64,000 nucleotides of DNA, from NCBI GenBank assembly GCA_003242895.1, contig QKMY01000020.1, positions 2,965 to 66,964 of the forward strand, given 5' to 3'. The position numbers and the translations under genes were made by a program. Shown here one piece after another: positions 18,709-28,119 of this stretch; position 1 is the first letter of the stretch; every line of letters begins with the position of its first letter. The notes under the pieces were generated by a model. It was not told the DNA's origin and ran no database searches. It was given only the letters and a program-made list of their open reading frames with translations. Origin of the DNA: Candidatus Margulisiibacteriota bacterium (GTDB lineage Bacteria; Margulisbacteria; Riflemargulisbacteria; GWF2-39-127).

Positions 18709-18765
18709 CAGGCTCCCCTTTGTAATAACATAAGACCTCTGGTGAACACTACGTTCACCGATACT

Positions 18766-19920
18766 CTACTGTCGAGCTGCCACTAGCTTTACTGCTTCAG
18801 CCACGACCAATGCAACCTGCTTATCAAAAACCGAAGGGATGATTTTCCCACTCGCTAATTCCTCTTCAGTAACAATAGAAGAAATAGACCTGGCTGCTGC
18901 GGTAAGCATATCAACGGTAATCTTCCTGGCCTTTGCGTCAAATAACCCCCGAAACAAGCCAGGGAAACACAATACATTATTAATCTGATTAGGATAATCC
19001 GACCTTCCGGTAGCAATTATAGCGCCAATATCGGCAATTTCCTCCGGCATAATCTCAGGAGTAGGGTTCGCCATAGCAAAAACAACCGGGGTTTTGCTCA
19101 TGGTAAGGACCATCTCTCTCGTTAGAGATCCTGGGCCTGAAACGCCGATGAAAACATCGGCATTTTTGATTACATCTTGAAGCAATCCGCTTTCATTATC
19201 AGGATTGGTCCTGGTGACATATTTTTTCTTCGCACCGTTCAAATCTTCCCGGACATTAGATAAGGCTCCGCTTCGATCACAGCCAATAATGTTCCTGGCG
19301 CCATTTGCTAAAAGCAGATTGGTGATAGAGGTCCCCGCAGCGCCAATACCGTTAACTACGATCTTCACATCGCTAAGGTTTTTGTGAACAATTTTGAGAG
19401 CGTTAATAAGTCCGGCAAGTGTTACAACTGCCGTACCATGTTGATCATCGTGGAAAACCGGTATATCAAGTTCGTCAATCAGCCTGCGCTCAATTTCAAA
19501 ACAACGAGGTGCGGCAATATCTTCCAGGTTAATGCCGCCAAAGGTAGGGGCAATCAATTTTACGGTTTTGATTATCTCTTCCACATCCTGGGTATCAATC
19601 AGGATAGGAAAGGCATTAACCCCGCCAAATGCCTTAAAAAGCATTGCCTTGCCTTCCATAACAGGCATCGCAGCCTTCGGGCCAAGATCACCAAGTCCAA
19701 GTATAGCAGTCCCGTCAGTAACTATCGCAACCGTGTTTCCGGCGATTGTATAATCAGGATAGATCTTAGGATCATTCGCAATTTCTTTGCATACTTCGGC
19801 AACTCCGGGAGTGTAGGCTAAAGATAACTGGGTATAGTTATCAAGGCTCGTTCTATTCTCAATCGAAATCTTACCATTTTTATGAAGTTCAAATATTTCT
19901 TCTCTGCTTATCTGTATCAT
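18766..19920 (-). CDS. NAD(P)-dependent malic enzyme (short form)
   Basis: LSLAYTPGVA, VAIVTDGTAILGLGDLG and AMPVMEGKAMLFKAFGG blocks with Rossmann GIGAAG. 384 aa. Confidence 0.85.
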   Translation of the reverse strand: MIQISREEIFELHKNGKISIENRTSLDNYTQLSLAYTPGVAEVCKEIANDPKIYPDYTIAGNTVAIVTDGTAILGLGDLGPKAAMPVMEGKAMLFKAFGGVNAFPILIDTQDVEEIIKTVKLIAPTFGGINLEDIAAPRCFEIERRLIDELDIPVFHDDQHGTAVVTLAGLINALKIVHKNLSDVKIVVNGIGAAGTSITNLLLANGARNIIGCDRSGALSNVREDLNGAKKKYVTRTNPDNESGLLQDVIKNADVFIGVSGPGSLTREMVLTMSKTPVVFAMANPTPEIMPEEIADIGAIIATGRSDYPNQINNVLCFPGLFRGLFDAKARKITVDMLTAAARSISSIVTEEELASGKIIPSVFDKQVALVVAEAVKLVAARQ

Positions 19921-20117
19921 TATCTATCCTCTTTATTCATTATTCTTAATAAATTTTCCTTATTATAAGCCCTGGGAGAAACAATGTCTATTTGCTTTTG
20001 CTTATCAGTATATACGTAGCAGACAAGACATTTTATCCTTATCATAACTGAGAAAAATTATTATCATAAATAATTTTTTCTGCTTGTCATTATCGAGTAT
20101 TATACTATAATGTATCT

Positions 20118-20324
20118 ATGATTACCTTCAAATTAGAGACTGAATATATTGAATTAAACAAACTGCTCAAAGTCACGCAGATATGCAGTAGCGGCGGGAT
20201 AGCGAATCACCTTATTACGGACAAGCTGGTCAGGGTTGACGGAGAGATTGAAACCCGCAAACGCTGTAAGATCAGAAGCGGACAGCGGGTCACCTACAAG
20301 AACAAGTCAATACTTGTTGAATAA
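20118..20324 (+). CDS. S4-domain RNA-binding protein (YbcJ-like)
   Basis: 68 aa carrying an S4-like motif (LITDKLVRVDGEIETRKRCKIRSGQRV). The -10-like TATAAT (20106-20111) abuts the ATG. Confidence 0.55.
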   Translation: MITFKLETEYIELNKLLKVTQICSSGGIANHLITDKLVRVDGEIETRKRCKIRSGQRVTYKNKSILVE

Positions 20325-20362
20325 GTTATTTCCCTTTTAGAAACAATTACAGGGAGTCTCAC

Positions 20363-20725
20363 ATGGGAGAATATTTAAATTGGGGTGAAGACGGAATTTT
20401 ATATAACACCTTGCCGGAAAGGTTCACACCTGAAACCGCCTCGAATTATATAAAAGAGCTGTCACAAACAGTTAACCCGAGAAAAGATATCAGGCAACTC
20501 ATAGATGCCAGCAAATTGAACTATTTACCCAATGATGAGGCAAAAACCATCCTCGTTGAAGGGGTAAAAAAACTCAGGCCCCCCTGTAAAAACGAAAAAA
20601 ATGCTATATATGGAATGACTGCCTTCACGAGAATAGCTACGAGGATGATAATAACGCTTGCCCAGAGGAATGACATTAAAATATTTGAGGCAAAAAAAGA
20701 AGCACTCGAATGGTTAATAAGTTAA
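20363..20725 (+). CDS. Hypothetical protein, possibly STAS-like
   Basis: 120 aa with only weak resemblance to STAS/SpoIIAA-like folds. RBS-like GGGAG upstream. Confidence 0.3.
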   Translation: MGEYLNWGEDGILYNTLPERFTPETASNYIKELSQTVNPRKDIRQLIDASKLNYLPNDEAKTILVEGVKKLRPPCKNEKNAIYGMTAFTRIATRMIITLAQRNDIKIFEAKKEALEWLIS

Positions 20726-21187
20726 AAACAAGATAATCTTAAATACTTTATCCCCCACCTTAAAACAAAAATAATGGGCAGTATCAGGTAGTTGGAATAC
20801 TTGATCCAAAACTTGATCACCAGTAAAAACTTCAGGCACTGTCGCCTTGAAATTTCCTTTGCTATCAAACTTTAGAAGAATGCTACTGGACATCATATTA
20901 CAAATTTCTTTAACGGTATCGAGCAACATGTCATCATCCAATTCTTCCCTGCTCATACCGGAAAAACCTGTAGCTATCTCATAACAAAAAGGTTTATCAA
21001 AAATAAACCAAAACTTTCCAGCAAATTTACTTCTGAAGTCGATCCTCACCATAATCTCAGATTGGAAATCGATCTGATCGAAAACAGGTTCAGTCGTACT
21101 TTGTAAAACCTGATCAATCACACCAGCAGCTGCTTCAGAAATTAAGCTATGGATTTTATCAAACTGCCCCAAATATGACTCCTCCAT
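20714..21187 (-). CDS. Hypothetical protein, CheX/CheC-like phosphatase fold suspected
   Basis: 157 aa, acidic, with ...EELDDDMLLDTVKEICNMMSSSIL... resembling the CheX dimer-interface region. Low certainty. Confidence 0.35.
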   Translation of the reverse strand: MEESYLGQFDKIHSLISEAAAGVIDQVLQSTTEPVFDQIDFQSEIMVRIDFRSKFAGKFWFIFDKPFCYEIATGFSGMSREELDDDMLLDTVKEICNMMSSSILLKFDSKGNFKATVPEVFTGDQVLDQVFQLPDTAHYFCFKVGDKVFKIILFLTY

Positions 21188-21382
21188 ATGGCAATTATTT
21201 CACTTACCCCCACGTTAAACCGGATAATTCTTTCAAATTTTTCCATAAAAATATCATTTCCAAAATTAGTTTTGACCTTTTAAGACAAGCTCTATTTAAA
21301 TAGAGAAAAATCAGCATTTAGAAACATGTATATAATATATAATATATGTTTATTAAAGTAAAAATCAAGCAAAATAAACATT

Positions 21383-22879
21383 TCAAGCTCTTCCATAAAT
21401 ATAGGTCATCTCAGCCAGCCTATCACGTACATAGGAATTAAGCTGATCTGGCAGCAAACGCCATAACCAATTGCCATTTGTTGTCGCTGGAATATTCATT
21501 CGAGCTTCTTCTCCTAGTGAAAGGATATCCTGGACTGGCACCATTGCAACATTAGAACCAGAGCTCAGAGCAAGCCGCATCAGTTCCCAACTCGCCTCGT
21601 CTTCCGAAACTTCTTTTCCGATATAGCGAAACAAACGCCGTTTATCATCATGCGAAGCTTCCTGCCTAAACCAACCTTTTGCTGTGTTATTATCATGAGT
21701 GCCAGTATATACCATGCTGTTTTTTACATAATTATGAGGAAGATAGGGATGGACAGGATTATCTTCCCCGAAAGCAAAAAGAAGCACTTGCATCCCGGGA
21801 ATTCCAAATTGACGCATTACTTCCCTGACATCAGGGGTTATCGTTCCCAGGTCCTCTGCGATAATCGGGAAATAAGGAAAAAACTTATAGAGGACAGTAA
21901 AAAAATCCACGGACGGAACATCAGCCCATCTACCATTGATAGCGGTCCTTTCACCGAAAGGCACTTCCCAGTAGGCAACTAACCCACGAAAATGATCTAT
22001 TCTTATAATGTTATAAAGTCCCAAATTATGCCGGATACGCTGTATCCACCAATGGTACCGCTGATATCGCAAAGCATCCCATTCGTAAACCGGATTGCCC
22101 CATAGTTGCCCAGTAGAACTAAAGTAGTCAGGCGGAACCCCCGAGACTGCGACCGGCCGCTTATCATAATTCAACTTGAAGAGATAAGGATGTGCCCAAA
22201 CATCTGAACTGTCATAATTAACATAGATCGGGATATCACCAATAATCTGTATTCCATTAAGGTTACAATGGCATTTGACTGCTGACCACTGTTTATAAAA
22301 AATGTATTGTAAAAACTTTTCTTTCTCAATTTCTTCATTTAGGAGGGACCTCATATGATTAAGAGCTCCGTCATGCCGGTCTCGTATCTCTACAGGCCAG
22401 TCACACCAAAGGCTCCCCTGGAAATGATTTTTAAGGACTGAAAAAAGCGCATAATCTTCGAGCCAATCATTGTTCTTTTGGCAAAAATGGATGTAGCCAT
22501 ATCGCTCTTCTTTCACTTTGAACTTCATATGAGCCTGATTAAAAAGAAATTGTTTATACTGAGTAACTGACTCATAATCGACTTTTCCTTCGGGAAAAAC
22601 CGGCATTTTTCCTATATCGGAAACATCAAGGTACCCTTCGTCAACCAATAGCTCAGGACTAATAAGCAGTGTATTTCCGGCAAAAGCAGAAATACTACTA
22701 TATGGTGAGTTACCAAGAACTACCAGGGTTGGATTGAGCGGCAATACCTGCCAGTAGCTTTGTTTCGTATGGATCAGAAAGTCTATAAACTTATAAGCGC
22801 CTGGACCCATATCTCCAATGCCAAAAGGCGAGGGTAATGATGTAACATGCATAAGGAGTCCACTTCCCCGTTTATTCAT
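21383..22879 (-). CDS. malQ: 4-alpha-glucanotransferase (amylomaltase, GH77)
   Basis: N-terminus RGSGLLMHVTSLPSPFGIGDMG is the MalQ hallmark. 498 aa. Confidence 0.9.
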   Translation of the reverse strand: MNKRGSGLLMHVTSLPSPFGIGDMGPGAYKFIDFLIHTKQSYWQVLPLNPTLVVLGNSPYSSISAFAGNTLLISPELLVDEGYLDVSDIGKMPVFPEGKVDYESVTQYKQFLFNQAHMKFKVKEERYGYIHFCQKNNDWLEDYALFSVLKNHFQGSLWCDWPVEIRDRHDGALNHMRSLLNEEIEKEKFLQYIFYKQWSAVKCHCNLNGIQIIGDIPIYVNYDSSDVWAHPYLFKLNYDKRPVAVSGVPPDYFSSTGQLWGNPVYEWDALRYQRYHWWIQRIRHNLGLYNIIRIDHFRGLVAYWEVPFGERTAINGRWADVPSVDFFTVLYKFFPYFPIIAEDLGTITPDVREVMRQFGIPGMQVLLFAFGEDNPVHPYLPHNYVKNSMVYTGTHDNNTAKGWFRQEASHDDKRRLFRYIGKEVSEDEASWELMRLALSSGSNVAMVPVQDILSLGEEARMNIPATTNGNWLWRLLPDQLNSYVRDRLAEMTYIYGRA

Positions 22880-23435
22880 TCTTCATACCTCCAGACAACT
22901 TATTATTCATTAATTATTATTTTTATCGATCAAAAAAGCACATTGTGTACCAATTTGGCTTAATATTCCTTTTTTTGCCATCTTTGTCAATTTATATTTT
23001 ATCGACAAACGAATCGTAGCCTTGATTTCTTGATAATAACAAAAAATAAATATTTAATCTCAGTATTTTTTTTGGGAATACTCTCTATGAAGAAGATTAA
23101 TGCCTTCCAGTCTTTGGTATTAGATTGTAATTCACATTATGGATATTTTTATTATAAATAACATAACTGTAGAGCTAAAATTACTTTTGGTTCAAAACCC
23201 GTAGCGAAACTGAATTAAAACGCCAGACACTCAACGTTGAAAAGTTCTTACAAGAATCCCTGACTCGCTTTCGGGAGGATATAATGTCATGAGAACTCCA
23301 TTTAATAGAGTATCACAAACTATTTTCCACAATAGCATTAAATATGCTAAAATCGCTACATATGCTCACTCTAGACAGGTAGTCGAAATTTATATTACAC
23401 TTAGAAGGATCATAAATCATTTCAGGAGGATATTT

Positions 23436-24014
23436 ATGAAAAAGGTTAGAATATTATTGGTACTATTAATGGTGTTTGGTTTGAGCGCGCCTTCGTTTGC
23501 TCTTTTTAAGATCGGTGCAGCTTATACGGGATATTCCCAAGGTCAAGGAATGAGTGCTTCGCTGGAGTTCCCATTAATTCCATTGTTGCCGACTACATTC
23601 TATATAACTCAAATGAACAAACAAAACGTTGATCTCCCTCCTGTCACCTACGGCGGGAAGTCGTTTGCGGGATCAGTAGAATTCACATCTTTGGTTGGAG
23701 AATTACAAATAAAGACGCCGTTAAGCTTTATGGGCGTTTCATTTGGTGTTAATGGCCTGTTCGATGTAATCGCGGGTAAAGACGGAAGTGGCGAAATGGT
23801 AGCTTTACCGGGAAATGGCTATGCTGGAATGTTCGGAGAGTATACCAAGGACCTTTTGCCTTTTATTTCAGGGTATGCCCAATTAGGCTATCTTGTTAAA
23901 GTGCTCGACGGAGAAAAAACAATTAATGACAAAATTGAACCGGTTGAAGTAAATCTTAAGGATATCGATAAATCAGGATTGTTCTACAGAGCCGGATTAA
24001 CTATCGGATTCTAA
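23436..24014 (+). CDS. Secreted beta-rich protein ending in Phe (putative small OM beta-barrel)
   Basis: Start at MKKVRILLVLL with RBS AGGAGGA 6 nt upstream. Signal peptide. C-terminus ...FYRAGLTIGF. Same architecture as the 2549-3256 protein. Confidence 0.45.
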   Translation: MKKVRILLVLLMVFGLSAPSFALFKIGAAYTGYSQGQGMSASLEFPLIPLLPTTFYITQMNKQNVDLPPVTYGGKSFAGSVEFTSLVGELQIKTPLSFMGVSFGVNGLFDVIAGKDGSGEMVALPGNGYAGMFGEYTKDLLPFISGYAQLGYLVKVLDGEKTINDKIEPVEVNLKDIDKSGLFYRAGLTIGF

Positions 24015-24038
24015 TGAATAAACAAGAATACCTTTACG

Positions 24039-24066
24039 AGCACCGCGAATGCGGTGCTTTTTTTTG
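24039..24066 (+). terminator. Rho-independent terminator
   Basis: AGCACCGC-gaat-GCGGTGCT stem followed by T9. Confidence 0.65.
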
Positions 24067-24181
24067 AGCAGAAACCCTATTTAACCAATTCACCGGTTTT
24101 ATTTGTTTCGTTATTTGATATTGAAAAAACATGGAAGCTCATATATAATTAAGCCAATTAAACACGAGATAAATTAAATAA

Positions 24182-24247
24182 ATGAACTATACAAAACAAA
24201 CAAACCTTTTTCTACTCAATTTATTACTCGCCCTGCGCGGCGAATAA
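24182..24247 (+). CDS. Candidate leucine-rich leader peptide (MNYTKQTNLFLLNLLLALRGE) in the leuA 5' leader
   Basis: 21-codon ORF with 7 Leu codons including a run of three. It lies 137 nt upstream of leuA between a terminator and the leuA RBS, with a hairpin (TTTGGG...CCCAAA, 24313-24335) downstream. Confidence 0.3.
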   Translation: MNYTKQTNLFLLNLLLALRGE

Positions 24248-24384
24248 TAACCATTTACCTATTTTTAATACAATCAACAATCCCACTCAAACAATGACCA
24301 CTATAATAATATTTGGGGTCTAACCAGTCCCAAATTATAGTAATTAATGCTAAAATTGTATAAGGTTAAAAAAGGAGCCCTAAA

Positions 24385-26052
24385 ATGAACAAAGATTTTT
24401 TGAAAAAATATAGACCCTATCCAAAAATAGATATTCCTGACAGGACCTGGCCAAATAATAGCATCACAAAAGCGCCGATCTGGTGCAGCGTTGATCTCAG
24501 GGACGGCAACCAAGCACTGGTAACCCCAATGTCGCTTGAAGAAAAACTTGAGTTTTTCCAGACATTAGTGAATACCGGCTTTAAGGAAATTGAAGTTGGA
24601 TTCCCATCCTCTGCTCAGGTAGAGTTCGATTTCTTAAGAAAACTCATTACTGAAAACCTTATACCAACGGATGTTAGAGTCCAGGTACTCGTACAAGCAA
24701 GACGACATCTTATCGAAAAAACTTTTGAGGCTCTGGCCGGATCGAAGAAATCGATCCTTCATCTCTATAATTCGACATCTACGAACCAACGAAAGATTGT
24801 TTTTCAGAAAAGCAAACAAGAGATCATAGATATTGCAGTCCAGGGCGTTAACTGGGTAAAAGAATTCTCGCAGAAAACAAATACGCCTGTAACGCTTGAG
24901 TATTCAGCAGAAAGCTTTACCGGCACTGAGATAGATTATGCACTGGAAATCTGCAATGCCGTTATTAATGAGTGGGCCCCCACCCCTGAAAATAAAATTA
25001 TTATTAATTTGCCGGCGACAATGGAGCTTGCAAGCCCTAATTATTATGCCGATATGATCGAGTGGATGTCCCGCCGCCTCAACAAAAGAGACTGCGTCAT
25101 ACTAAGTCTTCATACGCACAATGATAGGGGAACTGCTATTGCAGCGTCAGAACTGGGAATACTGGCAGGCGCCGACAGAGTCGAAGGGACCTTGTTTGGT
25201 AATGGCGAACGTACAGGAAATGCAGACGTCATAACACTAGCCCTTAACCTCTTTACACAGGGTATTGATCCGGAACTAGACTTTTATACTATTAATAACA
25301 TCATTACTGCTGCTGAAAAGTATAATAAGATACCGGTCCATGTGAGACATCCTTATGCAGGAGATCTGGTCTATACCGCATTCTCCGGTTCCCATCAAGA
25401 TGCTATTAAAAAGGGAATTGAGTACCAGAATAAAAAAGATGACCCATATTGGGAAGTGCCCTATTTACCGATCGACCCGGCTGATCTGGGTAGGAGCTAC
25501 GAAGGTATCATCCGGATTAACAGCCAGTCAGGAAAAGGCGGTGTCGCTTACATCCTGGAAAAAGAGTTCGGCTACCAGCTTCCAAAGGATATGCATCCGG
25601 AATTCGCCAAAGTTGTACAGGCTATTGCGGATGGCACAGGAAAAGAAGTTAACAACCAGGACATTTATGCCGCTTTTGAAAATGAATATATCAAAAGAAA
25701 AACCCCGATTTCTTTTGTTTCTTTTGATATTTTGTCACACCAGAATAAACAGCTTACCTGCAAGTTAACTATCGAGGTGAACGCAGAGAGAAAAGAGCTG
25801 ACCGGAATTGGTAACGGTCCGGTTGACGCATGCAAGGACGCACTCGCATCAATCAAGGAACTTGTGCAATTTAATATCAACGAATATTACGAACATGCCT
25901 TGAAAAAAGGTTCGACATCAGAAGCCATCGCCTATATCGAAATCGAAAACCCCTCTACTTTCAGTAAATATTTCGGGGTAGGAATTGATACTGATATTAT
26001 GCAGGCGGCTATTAAGTCGATGATTAGTGCTCTAAATAGATCAATGAAATAA
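24385..26052 (+). CDS. leuA: 2-isopropylmalate synthase (long, LeuA type-2 form)
   Basis: RPYPKIDIPDRTWP...WCSVDLRDGNQAL...FKEIEVGFPSSAQ is the type-2 alpha-IPM synthase N-terminus. HxH metal site (LHTHNDRG). 555 aa with a C-terminal regulatory domain. Confidence 0.9.
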   Translation: MNKDFLKKYRPYPKIDIPDRTWPNNSITKAPIWCSVDLRDGNQALVTPMSLEEKLEFFQTLVNTGFKEIEVGFPSSAQVEFDFLRKLITENLIPTDVRVQVLVQARRHLIEKTFEALAGSKKSILHLYNSTSTNQRKIVFQKSKQEIIDIAVQGVNWVKEFSQKTNTPVTLEYSAESFTGTEIDYALEICNAVINEWAPTPENKIIINLPATMELASPNYYADMIEWMSRRLNKRDCVILSLHTHNDRGTAIAASELGILAGADRVEGTLFGNGERTGNADVITLALNLFTQGIDPELDFYTINNIITAAEKYNKIPVHVRHPYAGDLVYTAFSGSHQDAIKKGIEYQNKKDDPYWEVPYLPIDPADLGRSYEGIIRINSQSGKGGVAYILEKEFGYQLPKDMHPEFAKVVQAIADGTGKEVNNQDIYAAFENEYIKRKTPISFVSFDILSHQNKQLTCKLTIEVNAERKELTGIGNGPVDACKDALASIKELVQFNINEYYEHALKKGSTSEAIAYIEIENPSTFSKYFGVGIDTDIMQAAIKSMISALNRSMK

Positions 26053-26063
26053 TAAGTACTCCG

Positions 26064-26094
26064 GCTCCCCTCGCGCAGGGGAGCACATTTTTTG
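26064..26094. terminator. Bidirectional intrinsic terminator between convergent leuA and the feoB-downstream small ORF
   Basis: 8-bp GC-rich stem GCTCCCCT-cgcgc-AGGGGAGC followed by T6 on the plus strand. On the minus strand a shorter U-tract follows. Confidence 0.7.
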
Positions 26095-26106
26095 TGAAAA
26101 GACTCA

Positions 26107-26286
26107 CTAGCTTTTACAGTTTTTGCTTTTACAAAAGGTACAATGACTGATTCTATGTTGCTCAGCAGCACATCGCGGACACTTAATAGTTTTGTAGGTA
26201 CAGGCTATTTCGTCACGTTTTAACTTAAACACCAAATTACATTTCTCGCAGGTAATATCAATTGACTGTTCTTCAGATGAAGACAT
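26107..26286 (-). CDS. Unannotated 59-aa zinc-ribbon protein (MSSSEEQSIDITCEKCNLVFKLKRDEIACTYKTIKCPRCAAEQHRISHCTFCKSKNCKS)
   Basis: Hand-translated from the minus strand. CxxC(13-16)...CxxC(36-39) plus CxxC(49-52)...C57. Its start overlaps the feoB stop by 14 nt in a different frame, and it ends at the bidirectional terminator. It falls below the 60-aa ORF-track cutoff. Confidence 0.4.
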   Translation of the reverse strand: MSSSEEQSIDITCEKCNLVFKLKRDEIACTYKTIKCPRCAAEQHRISHCTFCKSKNCKS

Positions 26287-28117
26287 GAGAAATCACTCCT
26301 CCAACAAAAAAAGCCATAAACAATGTTCCCAGCCATATCAAAAGTGCGTGTTTCCAGCTTTGCTCTTTAAACAGAATTACAAGCGATGCTACACAAGGAA
26401 CAAAAAGCGTTATCGTCACTAAAGCAATTACTATCTGAATGGGCGTAAGCGCCAAACTGGTAAGTCCGGCTGCACCGAAATCACGTCTTACAAATCCCAT
26501 AATGAAAACTCTCGCTGCTTCTTGCGGCAACTGGAGCCATTTAACAACCAAGGGTGCAAATACAACCTCAATTGACTGTAGCAGATTAAACACATGGAGA
26601 AACGAGACTATCAATGCGCCGAGAACAAACCAGGGAATCGCCTCATACATAAAATGATAAGTTTTCATCGTTGTTTTCGTCATGACGTTTGAGATCTTGG
26701 GCATACGAAGTGAAGGCAACTCTATAAATAAAGGAGTACTCTCTCCCTTCAATGTCAAATTAAGCAAAGATCCGACTGCAATAAAAAACCCAAAAATTAC
26801 TACACTATACAAAAAAAGATATTTACTGCCGATAGGTGCAAGCAACGCAGCAATCACGCCCAGCTGAGCAGAACAGGGAATTGCAAATTGGAGCAAGATG
26901 ATGGCTATTTTCTTTTCTCTCTCAGAGCCAAGCAACCGAGTCGTAATTGTCCCTGCAGTTACACAACCAAACCCCAGAATCAAAGGGATTATCGCCCTTC
27001 CATTAAGGCCTAACACATTCAAAGACCTATCAACAAAAACGGCAAGCCGAGGCAAATAGCCGCAATCTTCCAATATGGACAATGCAAAATAAAAACCGAA
27101 CACTAATGGTAAAAGCAATCCAACAAGATAGGTCACCGTCATTGTTAACAAACCAAAATCACCAACCAGAATATTACCCAGAATACTTACCGGATCAATC
27201 ATTTCTGCAACTAGCCCTCTCATGGCAGGCTCATAAATCCCTTGCATAACTGTTTTCTCTGTCACTCCTACAACTGTTTGAGCAACGAAAACACCCACAA
27301 ATTTATAAACAACAAATAAAGCGCCGCACATTATCAAAAATGCCAGGAAGGGTTGCAGCATCCACTGTTCAAGTTTGTTCTTGAACCTATGGACCTTAGT
27401 AACATCTCTCACAACATGATCAATGATATCATTTACGATTTCCCGTCTTTTAATGTAGATGTCTCCTCGTGCTTCTACCGGCTCTATTCCATGCCGCTCA
27501 CTGACATAAGGATCACCTTCCATTATCATCAAAGCTTCCGGCTGGGAGCCAACTACCCGTAACATCTCATGAAGCTTGAGGTGAAGTTCCGGGTTGATAT
27601 TACCAGGCATTGCTTTGGGCAATAGTTCTTTAATCTCATCGAACCCCTGTTTTTTAACAGCAATTGTCCCTACAACAGGAACTCCTAAAAGATGGGACAG
27701 CAGATCAAGGTCAACCTCTATTCCTTCTTTTTTGGCCTCATCCATAAGATTAACGGCAACGATCATAGGAATACCCATGTCGATTAGTTGCTGCGTCAAA
27801 AACAAATCTCGTTCAAGATGCACCGCATCAACAATATTAATAATAATGTCTGCGCCAAGGATAATATCCCTCGCGACTTTTTCTTCATCATTAAAAGAAG
27901 ATACACTGTAAATTCCAGGGGTGTCGAGGATAATATAATCGCCATACTTTCCCTGGCTGATTTCAATCGTCGTACCGGGATAATTAGAAACATCGACATA
28001 CATCCCTGTGAAGTAATTAAAGAATATCGATTTCCCCACATTAGGGTTACCTACCAAAACAACCGTCTTCTTGTCTAAGGCAGTAGCAGCCGGTTTATGC
28101 GATTGATGGCGATGCAT
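26273..28117 (-). CDS. feoB: Ferrous iron transporter FeoB
   Basis: G-domain G1 VLVGNPNVGKS, G2/G3 (GTT, DTPG) and G4 (NLMD), followed by the polytopic permease domain. Start set at MHRHQSHK, 2 nt after the feoA stop. Confidence 0.9.
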   Translation of the reverse strand: MHRHQSHKPAATALDKKTVVLVGNPNVGKSIFFNYFTGMYVDVSNYPGTTIEISQGKYGDYIILDTPGIYSVSSFNDEEKVARDIILGADIIINIVDAVHLERDLFLTQQLIDMGIPMIVAVNLMDEAKKEGIEVDLDLLSHLLGVPVVGTIAVKKQGFDEIKELLPKAMPGNINPELHLKLHEMLRVVGSQPEALMIMEGDPYVSERHGIEPVEARGDIYIKRREIVNDIIDHVVRDVTKVHRFKNKLEQWMLQPFLAFLIMCGALFVVYKFVGVFVAQTVVGVTEKTVMQGIYEPAMRGLVAEMIDPVSILGNILVGDFGLLTMTVTYLVGLLLPLVFGFYFALSILEDCGYLPRLAVFVDRSLNVLGLNGRAIIPLILGFGCVTAGTITTRLLGSEREKKIAIILLQFAIPCSAQLGVIAALLAPIGSKYLFLYSVVIFGFFIAVGSLLNLTLKGESTPLFIELPSLRMPKISNVMTKTTMKTYHFMYEAIPWFVLGALIVSFLHVFNLLQSIEVVFAPLVVKWLQLPQEAARVFIMGFVRRDFGAAGLTSLALTPIQIVIALVTITLFVPCVASLVILFKEQSWKHALLIWLGTLFMAFFVGGVISHVFI

Positions 28118-28119
28118 TA

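Noticed and set aside
21288-21303. Perfect palindrome CTCTATTTAAATAGAG and the nearby AT-dinucleotide run (21324-21353) between the CheX-like gene and malQ.
   Set aside because: It is short, very AT-rich and not followed by a U-tract on either strand. It is likely promoter-region low complexity rather than a discrete element.
24067-24384. T-box riboswitch upstream of leuA.
   Set aside because: No AGGGTGGNACCGCG T-box consensus or specifier-loop architecture is present. The leader-peptide attenuation model was kept as a low-confidence alternative instead.
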